A stretch of DNA of 64,000 nucleotides from assembly GCA_019695335.1 (NCBI GenBank), contig JAIBAF010000002.1, positions 64,474-128,473 of the forward strand. The letters are read 5' to 3'. The notes below the pieces were generated by a model. It did no database searches. It was given only the letters and a program-made list of their open reading frames with translations, and was not told the origin of the DNA. Position numbers and translations under genes: made by a program. The stretch is from a bacterium (lineage in GTDB: Bacteria > CLD3 > SB21). The number at the start of each line of letters is the position of its first letter. Position 1 is the stretch's first letter. Positions 1 through 9,611 of this stretch are shown piece by piece.

Positions 1-336
1 CGTTTTCCCGGAGTCGGTTCGCAAGTCAAAACATCCAAAGGCCCCGGCGAAATTAAACACCTTGACATTATTGCCAATAAAGTTCACATCAAACATATGA
101 ACGATGATGAATGGGAAACATTAAAACTGGAAGAACTCGCACATTTTTTGGGCATCAATTTGGATGAGCTTCATGGAGGAGGTTGTGGATGTTCCAGCGG
201 TGGCAATGGTTGTAATTCAGGCAAATGCAGTACTCATGATAAAGTAGAAGCCGGTGAGATTGTCAACCCGCTGAAAGATTTCATAGAAAAAGATTCCTTT
301 TTCGAAGATCATAATTTTCCAAAGCCGACCTTGTAA
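1..336 (+). CDS. Small Gly/Cys-rich peptide (79 aa from the ATG at 97), or the C-terminus of a gene starting upstream of the window. The frame has no stop from position 1. Residues LEELAHFLGINLDELHGG followed by GCGCSSGGNGCNSGKC resemble a double-glycine leader plus core.
   Basis: ORF track 97..336. I translated nt 1-96 in the same frame and found no stop codon. The leader-like acidic helix ending in GG is followed by a Cys/Gly/Ser-rich stretch. A hairpin terminator lies about 115 nt downstream. Confidence 0.3.
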   Translation, partial: RFPGVGSQVKTSKGPGEIKHLDIIANKVHIKHMNDDEWETLKLEELAHFLGINLDELHGGGCGCSSGGNGCNSGKCSTHDKVEAGEIVNPLKDFIEKDSFFEDHNFPKPTL

Positions 337-449
337 TTCATCTGCAATTATATTCTACTTTAACATAAATATTAGACCTCGTTTCAATCTTACGAATAAG
401 CAAAAAAATCTTTCCTTGATGCAATAATTTTATGATATTACTTACGCTG

Positions 450-488
450 AAGAGCACCTCCGCGCGAGCAAGCGGAGGCTCTTTTGTA
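450..488 (+). terminator. Rho-independent terminator-like hairpin (AGAGCACCTCCGC-GCGAGCAA-GCGGAGGCTCT followed by TTTTGT)
   Basis: GC-rich imperfect inverted repeat with one bulge, followed by a T-tract; read directly from the sequence. Confidence 0.5.
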
Positions 489-526
489 TTACGCTATCGG
501 AATAAAAAAAATAAGGATAGCCGCTC

Positions 527-1429
527 ATGAAATTTACATTGCTCGGCACGCGCGGTTCCAGACCCATTCTGACGCCTCAACGTACTAAGTACGGGGGAAA
601 CACGACGGCTTTTAAAGTAACGATCGATGGAATGGCGCCTATTTATATAGACGGCGGAACCGGCATTTTCCGTGAGGGCGTTGCCGTCATGAATAACGGT
701 TCGCAACCGTTTCATGCGCATTTCCTGATCACCCATACGCATTGGGACCATATCCTGGCCTTTCCGTTTTTTACACCGCTCTTTGAGAAAGGCACTAAAA
801 TTACAATCATGGGTCCGCGTTCGGAAAAATACGACGTCAAATCGCTTTTTGAGCATCAACACGATAAAGGATTGATTCCAATTCCATTTGATATGTTCAA
901 AGATCGTATCGATTTTGTTGAACTGCATCCCAATCAGCGATTCAAAATCGGCGAAGCCGATATACAAACGGTTCAACTCAATCATCAAGGTCTCACATTG
1001 GGATACCGGATCGAACATGGTGGTAAATCGATTTGTATTGTGACCGATCATGCACCGATTGAAAAGAATCATCTCGGTATTTTAATGAAAAAATGGGATA
1101 AAGAAGATTTTACCGAAAAAGAAAAAGAATTTTACGAGACATTGGTGGATTTTTGTGATCACGCCGATTTGATGTTACACGATACGCATTTTACCAAAGA
1201 GGGCATCAAAGGCAAGGAAAATTGGGGGCATAGTTCGCCGGAAATGGCAGTTGATCTTGCGGTTCGTGCGAACGTAAAGAAAATAATTTTAGGTCATCAT
1301 GCGCCGGAAGACATGGATGAACAAGTCGATATGAAAATTGCTTCGGCTAAAGCCTATATTCAATCGCTTGGCAAAGGTGGATCGATCGAAGTCGTTGCGT
1401 TGAGCGAAGGGGAGGAAGTATGGCTTTAG
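527..1429 (+). CDS. MBL-fold metallo-hydrolase (metallo-beta-lactamase superfamily)
   Basis: THTHWDH (HxHxDH) zinc-binding motif near the N-terminus, about 300 aa, later conserved His/Asp positions. Confidence 0.8.
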   Translation: MKFTLLGTRGSRPILTPQRTKYGGNTTAFKVTIDGMAPIYIDGGTGIFREGVAVMNNGSQPFHAHFLITHTHWDHILAFPFFTPLFEKGTKITIMGPRSEKYDVKSLFEHQHDKGLIPIPFDMFKDRIDFVELHPNQRFKIGEADIQTVQLNHQGLTLGYRIEHGGKSICIVTDHAPIEKNHLGILMKKWDKEDFTEKEKEFYETLVDFCDHADLMLHDTHFTKEGIKGKENWGHSSPEMAVDLAVRANVKKIILGHHAPEDMDEQVDMKIASAKAYIQSLGKGGSIEVVALSEGEEVWL

Positions 1430-2232
1430 AAGTTATTTTTTATGGAACACGCGGATCGATCAGTGCGCCGCATCCGGACATTTTAAAATACGGCGCTCAT
1501 ACGCCCTGTATCATCATCACCAGCGGGGATCGTTCAATTATCATTGATGCCGGATTTGGTATCGGCTTTTATTCCGATCACTTAGCCAATAAAATGGGTG
1601 AATTCCATATCTTAATTTCTCATTTTCATTGGGATCATATTCAAGGCTTGAATTATTTTGGTCCGGTTCATCATCCGAAAAGTACCAACCATTTTTATTC
1701 GCCTTTTAAAACCGAACAGATGCAGGACGTGATGGATATCTATTTCGACGGCTCTTACGGCCCGTTCAATGGTTGGGAAGCGCTGAACTCACAGTTTGTA
1801 TTTCACCGTCTTTCCAATCAAGCCGTTATCAACGGTTTTAACGTCTCCTTTAAAGCTTTGAATCACACAGATCCATGTTATGCCTATAAAATCTCTGATG
1901 GCAAACACACGATTGTCTATGCCAGCGATCATGAAGCTATCGATAATCAAGTTAACCGGGATTTTATAGAATGGGCCGAAGGCTGCGATATGCTCATTCA
2001 TGATGCGATGTATTATGATAAAGAATATGAAACGCGTATAGGTTGGGGCCACAGTACTTTCGACATGGCGTGCAACAATGCCCGTAAGATCAAAACCCGA
2101 ACGACTCTTTTGACGCATCATGAACCGTTACGCAGCGATGCAGAACTGGATGCCATCGAAAAAGAACTAAGACAAAAGTATCCGGCACTAAACGTGTTAT
2201 GTGCACAACAGGAAATTGTTTATAAACCTTGA
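1420..2232 (+). CDS. MBL-fold metallo-hydrolase, a tandem paralog of the upstream gene; overlaps it by 10 nt
   Basis: SHFHWDH motif, 270 aa. The ATG lies inside the ...ATGGCTTTAG overlap, suggesting translational coupling. Confidence 0.8.
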   Translation: MALEVIFYGTRGSISAPHPDILKYGAHTPCIIITSGDRSIIIDAGFGIGFYSDHLANKMGEFHILISHFHWDHIQGLNYFGPVHHPKSTNHFYSPFKTEQMQDVMDIYFDGSYGPFNGWEALNSQFVFHRLSNQAVINGFNVSFKALNHTDPCYAYKISDGKHTIVYASDHEAIDNQVNRDFIEWAEGCDMLIHDAMYYDKEYETRIGWGHSTFDMACNNARKIKTRTTLLTHHEPLRSDAELDAIEKELRQKYPALNVLCAQQEIVYKP

Positions 2233-2277
2233 TATCCCCATAAATCCTCACTCTATTTCTACGACGGAGTTCCTCAA

Positions 2278-4389
2278 TTGTCAGAATCGAAAGAACACAA
2301 ACGTATTCTGGTTACCAGTGCATTGCCGTATGCCAATGGTCCCAGTCACATCGGCCGCCTGACAGGTGCATACATCCCCGCTGATATTTATGTACGATAC
2401 CAGCGTCTGATGAAACGCGACATTGTATATATCTGCGGGAGCGATGAACACGGAGTTCCGATTACTATTCAAGCCGAAAAAGAAAGCGTCAAACCCCAAC
2501 AATTGGTTGATCGCTATCATGCGATGATTTTGGATGAATTTACGCGTATGGGTATTAGCTTTGATCACTACTCCAGAACATCGGCGCCGATTCATTACGA
2601 AACAGCCCAGGAATTTTTTCTGGAAGTGTATGAAAAAGGCATTCTCAAAAAGAAAACGCAGCAGCAATGGTATGATGAAAAAGCCGCCATGTTCCTTTCC
2701 GATCGTTATGTCGAAGGCACATGCCCGATTTGCCAAAACCCGGAAGCCCGCGGCGATCAATGCGAAAGATGTGGCACGTACCTCGATCAAATGCAATTGA
2801 TCAATCCGAAAAGTAAAGTTACCGGAACCGTACCTGTTGCCAAAGAGACTACGCACTGGTATTTGCCACTCGGTGATTTTCAGCCTGCTCTTGAAAAATG
2901 GATCGGTGAGAAAACACATTGGAAGGATAACGTACTCAATTATTGTAAAGGCTGGTTCCAGCAAAAGCTTGAAGATCGCGCCTATACGCGAGATTTAGAA
3001 TGGGGCGTTCCTGTTCCAAAAACTGATCGTAAAGGCAACACTATCGAAGGAGCTGAGCGTAAAGTTATTTACGTTTGGTTCGAAGCTGTGTTAGGTTACA
3101 TTTCGGCTACGAAAGAATGGGCAAGAAAAATCGGACAAAACGAACGGTGGCGCGATTATTGGCAAAAAGAGGATACAAAGTTAGTTCACTTCATCGGTAA
3201 AGATAACATCGTTTTCCATGCGATCATTTTTCCCGCGATTACAATCGCCTATAATCAAAATCATAGGAAGGATGATACGTTCGTATTGGTTTCTGAAATT
3301 CCGGCCTGTGAGTTTTTAAATCTGGAAGGTGCGAAATTATCGACGAGCCGAAATTATGCTGTCTGGGTAAAAGATTATCTGGAAAAATTTCCGCCGGATC
3401 CGTTACGGTATACACTGACGTCGATCTTACCTGAATCAAAAGATTCAGATTTTTCATGGAAAGATTTTCAGGCTAGGAACAACAGTGAATTAGCCGACAT
3501 TCTTGGTAATTTTATTAACCGTTCGCTAACCTTCACCGTTAAAAATTTTGATCATAAAGTTCCAACGCCCGGGAAATTGACGCAATCGGATCTCGCCATG
3601 TTGGTAGAGATCAAACAAGCTCAAAAAGAAGTCGGTGAATTCATAGAGCGTTTCCGATTCCGTGATGCCTGCAAACGTTTTATGGACTTAGCTCGCGCCG
3701 CCAATAAATATTTCAATGACAGTGAACCTTGGAAAAAAATCAAAACCGATCGTGAACAATGCGCCACGACTTTGTACGTCAGTGTGCAAGTTGTGCGGGC
3801 GCTTGCAATCGTGATGCTGCCATTTATTCCGTTCACAGCCGAACGTGTTTGGCGTATGCTGAATTTATCCGGCAAAGCCGAAGAACAAAATTGGTCTGAG
3901 ATCGGCGAAACAACCGTTGATAGCGGACATACGCTTGGAAATGTTGAAATCGTTTTTGCGAAAATTGACGATGATATCATTCAGAAAGAAGTTGATTTAT
4001 TAAATGCAACCATCGAAAAAAAGGCTGCCGAAACCGCAGCAACGGCAAAGGTCGAACCGGCGAAACCAACAATTCCGTTCGATGATTTTATGAAAGTCGA
4101 CCTGCGCAGTGCGACCGTTCTTCATGCTGAAAAAATCAAAGGCAGCAGCAAGCTGCTTCGCCTTGAATTGGATTTAGGCTATGAAAAGCGCCAAGTCGTC
4201 AGCGGATTGGCAAAATTCTACAAACCGGAAGAATTGATAGGAAAACAAATCATCCTGGTAGCTAACCTGAAACCGGCTACCATTTATGGCGTCGAATCCA
4301 ACGGCATGGTATTGACCGCTGGTAATGACGAAACATTGAAATTGCTTGCTCCTGAACAGGTCATTCCAAATGGTTTACGTGTATCATAA
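2278..4389 (+). CDS. metG: Methionyl-tRNA synthetase with C-terminal tRNA-binding (EMAP-like) domain; TTG start as given by the ORF track
   Basis: N-terminal ALPYANGPSHIGRL (HIGH-type) motif, zinc-knuckle CPICQN...CERCG, KMSKS-region equivalents, C-terminal OB-fold tRNA-binding domain (KVDLRSATVLHAEKI...). Confidence 0.93.
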   Translation: MSESKEHKRILVTSALPYANGPSHIGRLTGAYIPADIYVRYQRLMKRDIVYICGSDEHGVPITIQAEKESVKPQQLVDRYHAMILDEFTRMGISFDHYSRTSAPIHYETAQEFFLEVYEKGILKKKTQQQWYDEKAAMFLSDRYVEGTCPICQNPEARGDQCERCGTYLDQMQLINPKSKVTGTVPVAKETTHWYLPLGDFQPALEKWIGEKTHWKDNVLNYCKGWFQQKLEDRAYTRDLEWGVPVPKTDRKGNTIEGAERKVIYVWFEAVLGYISATKEWARKIGQNERWRDYWQKEDTKLVHFIGKDNIVFHAIIFPAITIAYNQNHRKDDTFVLVSEIPACEFLNLEGAKLSTSRNYAVWVKDYLEKFPPDPLRYTLTSILPESKDSDFSWKDFQARNNSELADILGNFINRSLTFTVKNFDHKVPTPGKLTQSDLAMLVEIKQAQKEVGEFIERFRFRDACKRFMDLARAANKYFNDSEPWKKIKTDREQCATTLYVSVQVVRALAIVMLPFIPFTAERVWRMLNLSGKAEEQNWSEIGETTVDSGHTLGNVEIVFAKIDDDIIQKEVDLLNATIEKKAAETAATAKVEPAKPTIPFDDFMKVDLRSATVLHAEKIKGSSKLLRLELDLGYEKRQVVSGLAKFYKPEELIGKQIILVANLKPATIYGVESNGMVLTAGNDETLKLLAPEQVIPNGLRVS

Positions 4390-4419
4390 ATATATCTTAT
4401 TCAAAACTAATTTTAATGC

Positions 4420-5538
4420 GTGTTGATGGTTGAAAACCCGAAAATTTTAGTAGTTGAAGACGATTTTCAGAATCGTCAATTGATCAATATCTATCTGAGT
4501 CGATCCGGATACGACACGGTTTTGGCCATCAATGGTCGCGATGCATTGGATAAGCTCAAAACATTTACTCCGGACATCATCGTCAGTGATATCTCTATGC
4601 CGCACATGAACGGTTTTGAACTCTACGACGAGGTCAAAAACATCCCACAATTGCGATCGATACCGTTTATTTTTTTGACGGCACATTCGGACACTGAAAA
4701 ACGCCGATATGGAAAAGAAATCGGATCGGATGATTATTTGACAAAACCAATTGAGCGTGAGGATTTAATTGCTTCAATAAAAGGCAAACTTAAGCGGGTT
4801 CATGAAATACGTTCGACAACCGAAGCGCAGATGCTTCGGCACGTCGATGATCTCAAACGTAATATTTTGTCGGTCATTACGCACGAAGTAAATACACCTC
4901 TTTTTATCATCAAAATGACGGCCAATTTATTGCTCGATGACACGTTGCAGTTTAATCCTAACGAACTACAAGAGCTTTTGCTGAGGATCAAACGAAGCGG
5001 TGAACGGCTTGATTCCTTGCTCAAAGATTTTCTTATCAGCGCCCGAATTGCTATGGGAGAAGCTAAAAAGGAATATGAAGACGCCAAACAGGAAACCGAT
5101 ATTAATTTTATCGTCACGCATCTCCAGCACAAGTTCCAGAAAATTGCCGATGCAAAAAATCTGACGCTGGAAACTGATTTTCAATCGAACTTACCGATTT
5201 TACTGCTGCACGTCGACCAGATCGCTGACGTTGTCGAACGGCTTTTCCATAATGCGGTTAAATTTAATCGCGACAACGGAAAGATCGTGATGCAGACTAA
5301 ATTGGATGACGGCAAGGTAGTTTTTGAAATTGAAGATACGGGTATCGGTATTTCCGCGAAAGAGATTGATAAAATATTCGATAAATTCTATCAGGTCAAT
5401 CGTGCTGAAATGGAACAGCAAGGAGCGGGGCTTGGGCTCACGATTGCGCGCGATATTGCAAGGATCAATGGCGGTAATATCGTTGTAGAAAGTAAAGAAG
5501 GCGTGGGGAGTGTTTTCAGATTGATTTTTCCAGTATAG
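4420..5538 (+). CDS. Hybrid response-regulator/histidine kinase (REC-HisKA-HATPase). The true start is probably the ATG at 4426.
   Basis: REC domain (KILVVEDD...DIIVSDISMPHMNG...YLTKP), H-box ITHEVNTPLF, N/G boxes HNAVKFN / DTGIGIS / GAGLGLTIAR. Confidence 0.85.
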   Translation: MLMVENPKILVVEDDFQNRQLINIYLSRSGYDTVLAINGRDALDKLKTFTPDIIVSDISMPHMNGFELYDEVKNIPQLRSIPFIFLTAHSDTEKRRYGKEIGSDDYLTKPIEREDLIASIKGKLKRVHEIRSTTEAQMLRHVDDLKRNILSVITHEVNTPLFIIKMTANLLLDDTLQFNPNELQELLLRIKRSGERLDSLLKDFLISARIAMGEAKKEYEDAKQETDINFIVTHLQHKFQKIADAKNLTLETDFQSNLPILLLHVDQIADVVERLFHNAVKFNRDNGKIVMQTKLDDGKVVFEIEDTGIGISAKEIDKIFDKFYQVNRAEMEQQGAGLGLTIARDIARINGGNIVVESKEGVGSVFRLIFPV

Positions 5539-5541
5539 CTG

Positions 5542-6141
5542 CTATTTCTTCTCCAAACTCACTTTTCCTCCGGTCAAATCAGCCAAACCTTTTGTAAGCG
5601 CATCAACTTGGATTCTGCGGATTTTTACAACTACGGTCGAAATCGTTCCTTCTATCGTTTGCAAAATTTTCCCGCGATTGTCCGTAATGTACCGTGAAAC
5701 GGAATTTAAATCTGAATGATTCACTTTGTAACGCACCGTATCGTATAGAATACGTTTGACGATGCGTGCCCGTCGAATGGCATTGGATGCCGTGTCACGA
5801 TAAGCCAGCACCGATGGAGTTTTAGCATGAGTTACAATTTTTTCACGCATGACGGCCAGAAAAACGTTGGTGATTTCTTCGTTTTCAAAAACATCCGTCA
5901 GCGCCTTTTCGACTTCCGCATCGCCTCCCGCCGATTTAACAACGATGTTGGGTTCTAAACCGATTTTGTAACAAGAGATTTTTTCAGCCGCATCCGGAAA
6001 TTTTTTGAAAATCCGTTCCTGAGCGGCTTGGACTTTCTCTCCCGAATCAACGAATAAAACAACAGCGGTCAATCGGCATCCGCTGTCTTCAATAACCATT
6101 TCGCCTTCGGCTTCAACAGTTTTATATTCATCAGTAAACAT
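5542..6141 (-). CDS. Hypothetical protein (199 aa), family not recognised
   Basis: Clean ORF tightly packed between the kinase and carA; no motif I can name. Confidence 0.45.
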   Translation of the reverse strand: MFTDEYKTVEAEGEMVIEDSGCRLTAVVLFVDSGEKVQAAQERIFKKFPDAAEKISCYKIGLEPNIVVKSAGGDAEVEKALTDVFENEEITNVFLAVMREKIVTHAKTPSVLAYRDTASNAIRRARIVKRILYDTVRYKVNHSDLNSVSRYITDNRGKILQTIEGTISTVVVKIRRIQVDALTKGLADLTGGKVSLEKK

Positions 6142-6172
6142 AATCCAGAGCGAGGCTATGAATTGCGTTCGA

Positions 6173-7303
6173 TTATTTTGTTTTTTCGATAGCTGTCATG
6201 AACTTATTGAACAGATAATCGCTGTCATGCGGGCCGGGAGACGCTTCGGGGTGATATTGCACGGTAAAAATCGGGAGCTCACGATGTTGAAATCCTTCCA
6301 ATGTTCCGTCGTACAAATTAAAGTGAGTCAATTCAACTTCTTTTTCGTTGAGCGATTTAGGATCAACCGTGAAGCCATGATTTTGTGAGGTAATTTCGAT
6401 AACGCCGGTTTCAAGATTTTTAACCGGATGATTGGCGCCGCGATGGCCGAATTTAAGTTTATACGTTTTTCCGCCTAAGGCAATGCCGGCTAACTGCTGA
6501 CCAAGACAAATTCCGAAAATCGGTTTTTTTCCAATCAGTTTTTGAATCTCAGGAATGACGTACTCAACGGCCTCAGGATCGCCTGGGCCATTGGACAAAA
6601 AAACCCCGTCCGGATTCATTTTTAAAATATCATCGGCTTTTGTTTGCGCCGGCACAACGTGCAATCGGCATCCTCGCTCAACAAATTTTCTTAAAATATT
6701 TTGTTTTACTCCGAAATCGTAAACAACCACGTTGAATTTTGATTCATGATCGATGTTTTCGCGATACTGCCAATCCGGAAGGTTAGGTGTGCCCCAATCG
6801 TAAGCCGACTGACACGTTACGCCATCGACTAAATTAGCGCCCACCATGCTCGGGCTGTTTTTTACTTTTTCGAGCAACGACGTTGTATTTAAATCGGTAG
6901 TAGAAATAATTGCGCGCATAGCGCCGAAATTACGAATGTGTCGTGTGATCGCACGCGTGTCCAGACCTTCAATTCCCATAATATTGAATTTCTTGAACAA
7001 ATCGGCCAGCGACATTTCGGAACGCCAATTCGAAGGATAATCACAATGTTCTTTGACAATAAAAGCTTTTACATGAGGACGCAGCGATTCGAAATCGGCG
7101 CTATTGATGCCGTAATTGCCGATATGCGGATACGTCATGACGATCATTTGTCCGGAATACGAAGGATCGGAAAGAATTTCCTGGTACCCCATCATGCTGG
7201 TATTGAAAACAATTTCGCCGGTCACTTCGCCTTCGGCCCCGAAGGCATAGCCGTCGTAACTCAGGCCATCTTCGAGAACAAGTTTTGCTTTGATTTTATG
7301 CAT
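6173..7303 (-). CDS. carA: Carbamoyl-phosphate synthase small (glutamine amidotransferase) subunit
   Basis: CPSase small-chain N-domain plus class-I GATase with the GICLGQQ catalytic Cys motif and an HRGANHP-type His region. Confidence 0.9.
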   Translation of the reverse strand: MHKIKAKLVLEDGLSYDGYAFGAEGEVTGEIVFNTSMMGYQEILSDPSYSGQMIVMTYPHIGNYGINSADFESLRPHVKAFIVKEHCDYPSNWRSEMSLADLFKKFNIMGIEGLDTRAITRHIRNFGAMRAIISTTDLNTTSLLEKVKNSPSMVGANLVDGVTCQSAYDWGTPNLPDWQYRENIDHESKFNVVVYDFGVKQNILRKFVERGCRLHVVPAQTKADDILKMNPDGVFLSNGPGDPEAVEYVIPEIQKLIGKKPIFGICLGQQLAGIALGGKTYKLKFGHRGANHPVKNLETGVIEITSQNHGFTVDPKSLNEKEVELTHFNLYDGTLEGFQHRELPIFTVQYHPEASPGPHDSDYLFNKFMTAIEKTK

Positions 7304-8057
7304 GCAACGAATGGTTGGATTTGGAAAATATTTTTTTTGCTAAATTGGGGAAATCAGTGATCACACCATCGACTTCAATTTCCATCATCTGATAAAGATC
7401 TTTTTCATCATTAACGGTCCATGGATATAGTTTACATCCGGCAGCAATGGCTTTTTCCAAAAGACGGGCATTGACCGCTTTGAAATTCGGATGCCAGGAA
7501 GTAACAATAAGACCTTTGGCTAATTTCTGATTGAAATTGGGCAGCCTTTTTTCATAGATAAATCCCGTACGCATAGTCGAATCGATCTTTTGAACTTTTT
7601 TTACCACTAACGGATTAAACGACGAAATGACCGTTTGCCGCTGTAGCCCGTGCTGATAAATGCAATCGATCACTTTCTGTTCGATTTTGCCGCGCATCGG
7701 CATTTCACTTTTGATTTCAATATTAATCAACAGGTGCGTATGCTTGAAAATATCTAAAACCTCCGCTAACGAAGGAATGGTCGTTTCAACGACGTCGCTT
7801 TTTAATTTTAATTTCTGCAAATCGGATAACGTTTTCGTTCTCACCATTCCGCGTCCGTTTTCGGTCAGCCGTTCGAGGCGAATATCGTGGAAGACAACCA
7901 GATCTTTATCTTTAGTAATGCGTACATCTAATTCGACGCCATCATATCCTTCATCCACGGCGGCTTGAAACCCCGGAAGAGAATTTTCAGGAAAACCGGA
8001 ATACGTCACACCGCGGTGTGCCATAATAAGGATTTTTTTGTGATGCGTTGTTTTCAC
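7296..8057 (-). CDS. Glycerophosphodiester phosphodiesterase family protein
   Basis: N-terminal MAHRG...ENSL..F motif, E/D metal ligands, about 250 aa GDPD fold. Confidence 0.85.
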   Translation of the reverse strand: MKTTHHKKILIMAHRGVTYSGFPENSLPGFQAAVDEGYDGVELDVRITKDKDLVVFHDIRLERLTENGRGMVRTKTLSDLQKLKLKSDVVETTIPSLAEVLDIFKHTHLLINIEIKSEMPMRGKIEQKVIDCIYQHGLQRQTVISSFNPLVVKKVQKIDSTMRTGFIYEKRLPNFNQKLAKGLIVTSWHPNFKAVNARLLEKAIAAGCKLYPWTVNDEKDLYQMMEIEVDGVITDFPNLAKKIFSKSNHSLHA

Positions 8058-9208
8058 TCTTTACCCTCTAAGACACGCTGATAATAATCGATGTAAGCAT
8101 TGACAATTTTATCGGTACCGAAATTGTCCAAAGCCCGGCGCCTGGCATTGATGCCTAACTGTTCGGCCAATTTAGAATCAGATAGAATTTTAGTCGCATC
8201 ACTGGCCATCGCGTCAACGTCGCCAAGTTTTTCGAGAAAGCCGGTTTCGCCATGAATATTTAATTCCGGTAGCCCGCCGATGGCCGTTGAAATAACCGGC
8301 ACACCTGAACTCATAGCCTCAAGCGCGGCTAATCCGAAACTTTCCGATTCGCTTGGAAGTAGAAATACATCGGCAAGGCGGATCAAATCGGAGACCGCTT
8401 CTTGTTTCCCTAGAAACAGCACATCGTTTTCAACCTTTAATTCCCGCGCCAATTGTTCAACATTAAATCGTTCGGGGCCGTCGCCGACCAGCACTAACTT
8501 TGTCGGAATCTCTGCGCGGACTTTCGCAAAAATTTTCACCACGTCCGGCACGCGTTTAAGCTGGCGGAAATTGCTCGTATGCATGATGATTTTCTCTTGG
8601 TGCGGTGCGAGGCGTGTGCGAAATTTATTGCACGGCGATGTTTTATCGTCCGCCGGCTGATATTTTTCCGTGTCGATAAAATTATGAATGACCTCAATCT
8701 TGCGGTTGGGTCTGAATTCTGAATACGTACGGTTGCGTAAATATTTTGACACGGAGGTCGTACCGTCGCTTTCGTCGATACTGAATTTGATCAAATTGAG
8801 AAACGAGCGATCCATCCCGAGCAACGTAATATCCGTACCGTGCAACGTGGTTACGATTTTCAATTCTTTGAGCCGGTTATTCTTCTTGATCATTTGTTTG
8901 GCAAGATACGCACTTGGCGCATGCGGAATGGCGTAATGCACGTGCAGAAGATCGAGATCTTCGAATTCAGCAACTTCCGCCATTCGTGCTGCGAGCGAAA
9001 GCGAATACGGCGAATGCTCGAACACGGGATACGTCATGACTTCGACGGCGTGAAAATAAATGTGTTCGGTAAACGATGCTAACCGGAAAGGAATATCCGA
9101 CGTGATAAAATGAACATCGTGACCCCGTTTAGCGAGTTCAATGCCCAGTTCTGTCGCGACGACGCCGCTCCCGCCATAGGTTGGATAACACGTGATACCA
9201 ATTTTCAT
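8054..9208 (-). CDS. bshA: GT4 glycosyltransferase of the BshA type (N-acetyl-alpha-D-glucosaminyl L-malate synthase). Start trimmed to MKIGITCYP; the listed ORF extends to 9274.
   Basis: MKIGITCYPTYGGSGVVATELG..., TTLHGTDITLLG, YNFIDTEKY and the EX7E-type C-terminal GT-B region closely match my memory of B. subtilis BshA. Confidence 0.75.
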   Translation of the reverse strand: MKIGITCYPTYGGSGVVATELGIELAKRGHDVHFITSDIPFRLASFTEHIYFHAVEVMTYPVFEHSPYSLSLAARMAEVAEFEDLDLLHVHYAIPHAPSAYLAKQMIKKNNRLKELKIVTTLHGTDITLLGMDRSFLNLIKFSIDESDGTTSVSKYLRNRTYSEFRPNRKIEVIHNFIDTEKYQPADDKTSPCNKFRTRLAPHQEKIIMHTSNFRQLKRVPDVVKIFAKVRAEIPTKLVLVGDGPERFNVEQLARELKVENDVLFLGKQEAVSDLIRLADVFLLPSESESFGLAALEAMSSGVPVISTAIGGLPELNIHGETGFLEKLGDVDAMASDATKILSDSKLAEQLGINARRRALDNFGTDKIVNAYIDYYQRVLEGKE

Positions 9209-9378
9209 GATCAACTTTCTCGATGTCCGGCCGTTGAGTAAGTCAAAACCGCCGGCATGGTTGCTACACTGCACAAGATTATAGAAGCTTATACAACATC
9301 TAAATCTATAGTCTTGGCTTGAAATTTTTTAACTTTGTCACCGGCCGTTTTGACTGCGCTCACGGCCGGATCTAAATT

Positions 9379-9609
9379 CTACACACGTCTTCTGAAAATC
9401 ACATACACGGCGTACGCCGCCACCATCAATGGAATGGCCACCCGGTTAACTTCCGGGTCGACCAGATCCAGCAAATTAACACCGATCAGAATGACCATCA
9501 AAGCGATGACAATCCATCCGTAAATTTTCCATCGGGTAGCGCGCTTTTGCCGTTCGATCGATGGACCGCTTTCTTCTTCACTGTCGGAAAAATTATTTTG
9601 TTCGTCCAT
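9379..9609 (-). CDS. Small membrane protein (about 76 aa, two TM helices). The listed ORF continues to 9744 and would overlap greA, so the start is trimmed to MDEQNNF.
   Basis: Acidic N-terminus then a hydrophobic stretch WIVIALMVILIGV...IPLMVAAYAVYVIF; the start codon abuts the greA stop. Confidence 0.4.
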   Translation of the reverse strand: MDEQNNFSDSEEESGPSIERQKRATRWKIYGWIVIALMVILIGVNLLDLVDPEVNRVAIPLMVAAYAVYVIFRRRV

Positions 9610-9611
9610 AA

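Noticed and set aside
494-1072. Long antisense ORFs nested inside confidently assigned genes (for example 494..1072, 2281..2964, 3621..3980, 10493..10897, 13223..13672, 48263..48730, 60272..60565, 62066..62425)
   Set aside because: They lie wholly inside stronger, motif-bearing genes on the opposite strand and have low-complexity or Cys/Arg-rich, non-protein-like translations. They are typical shadow ORFs.
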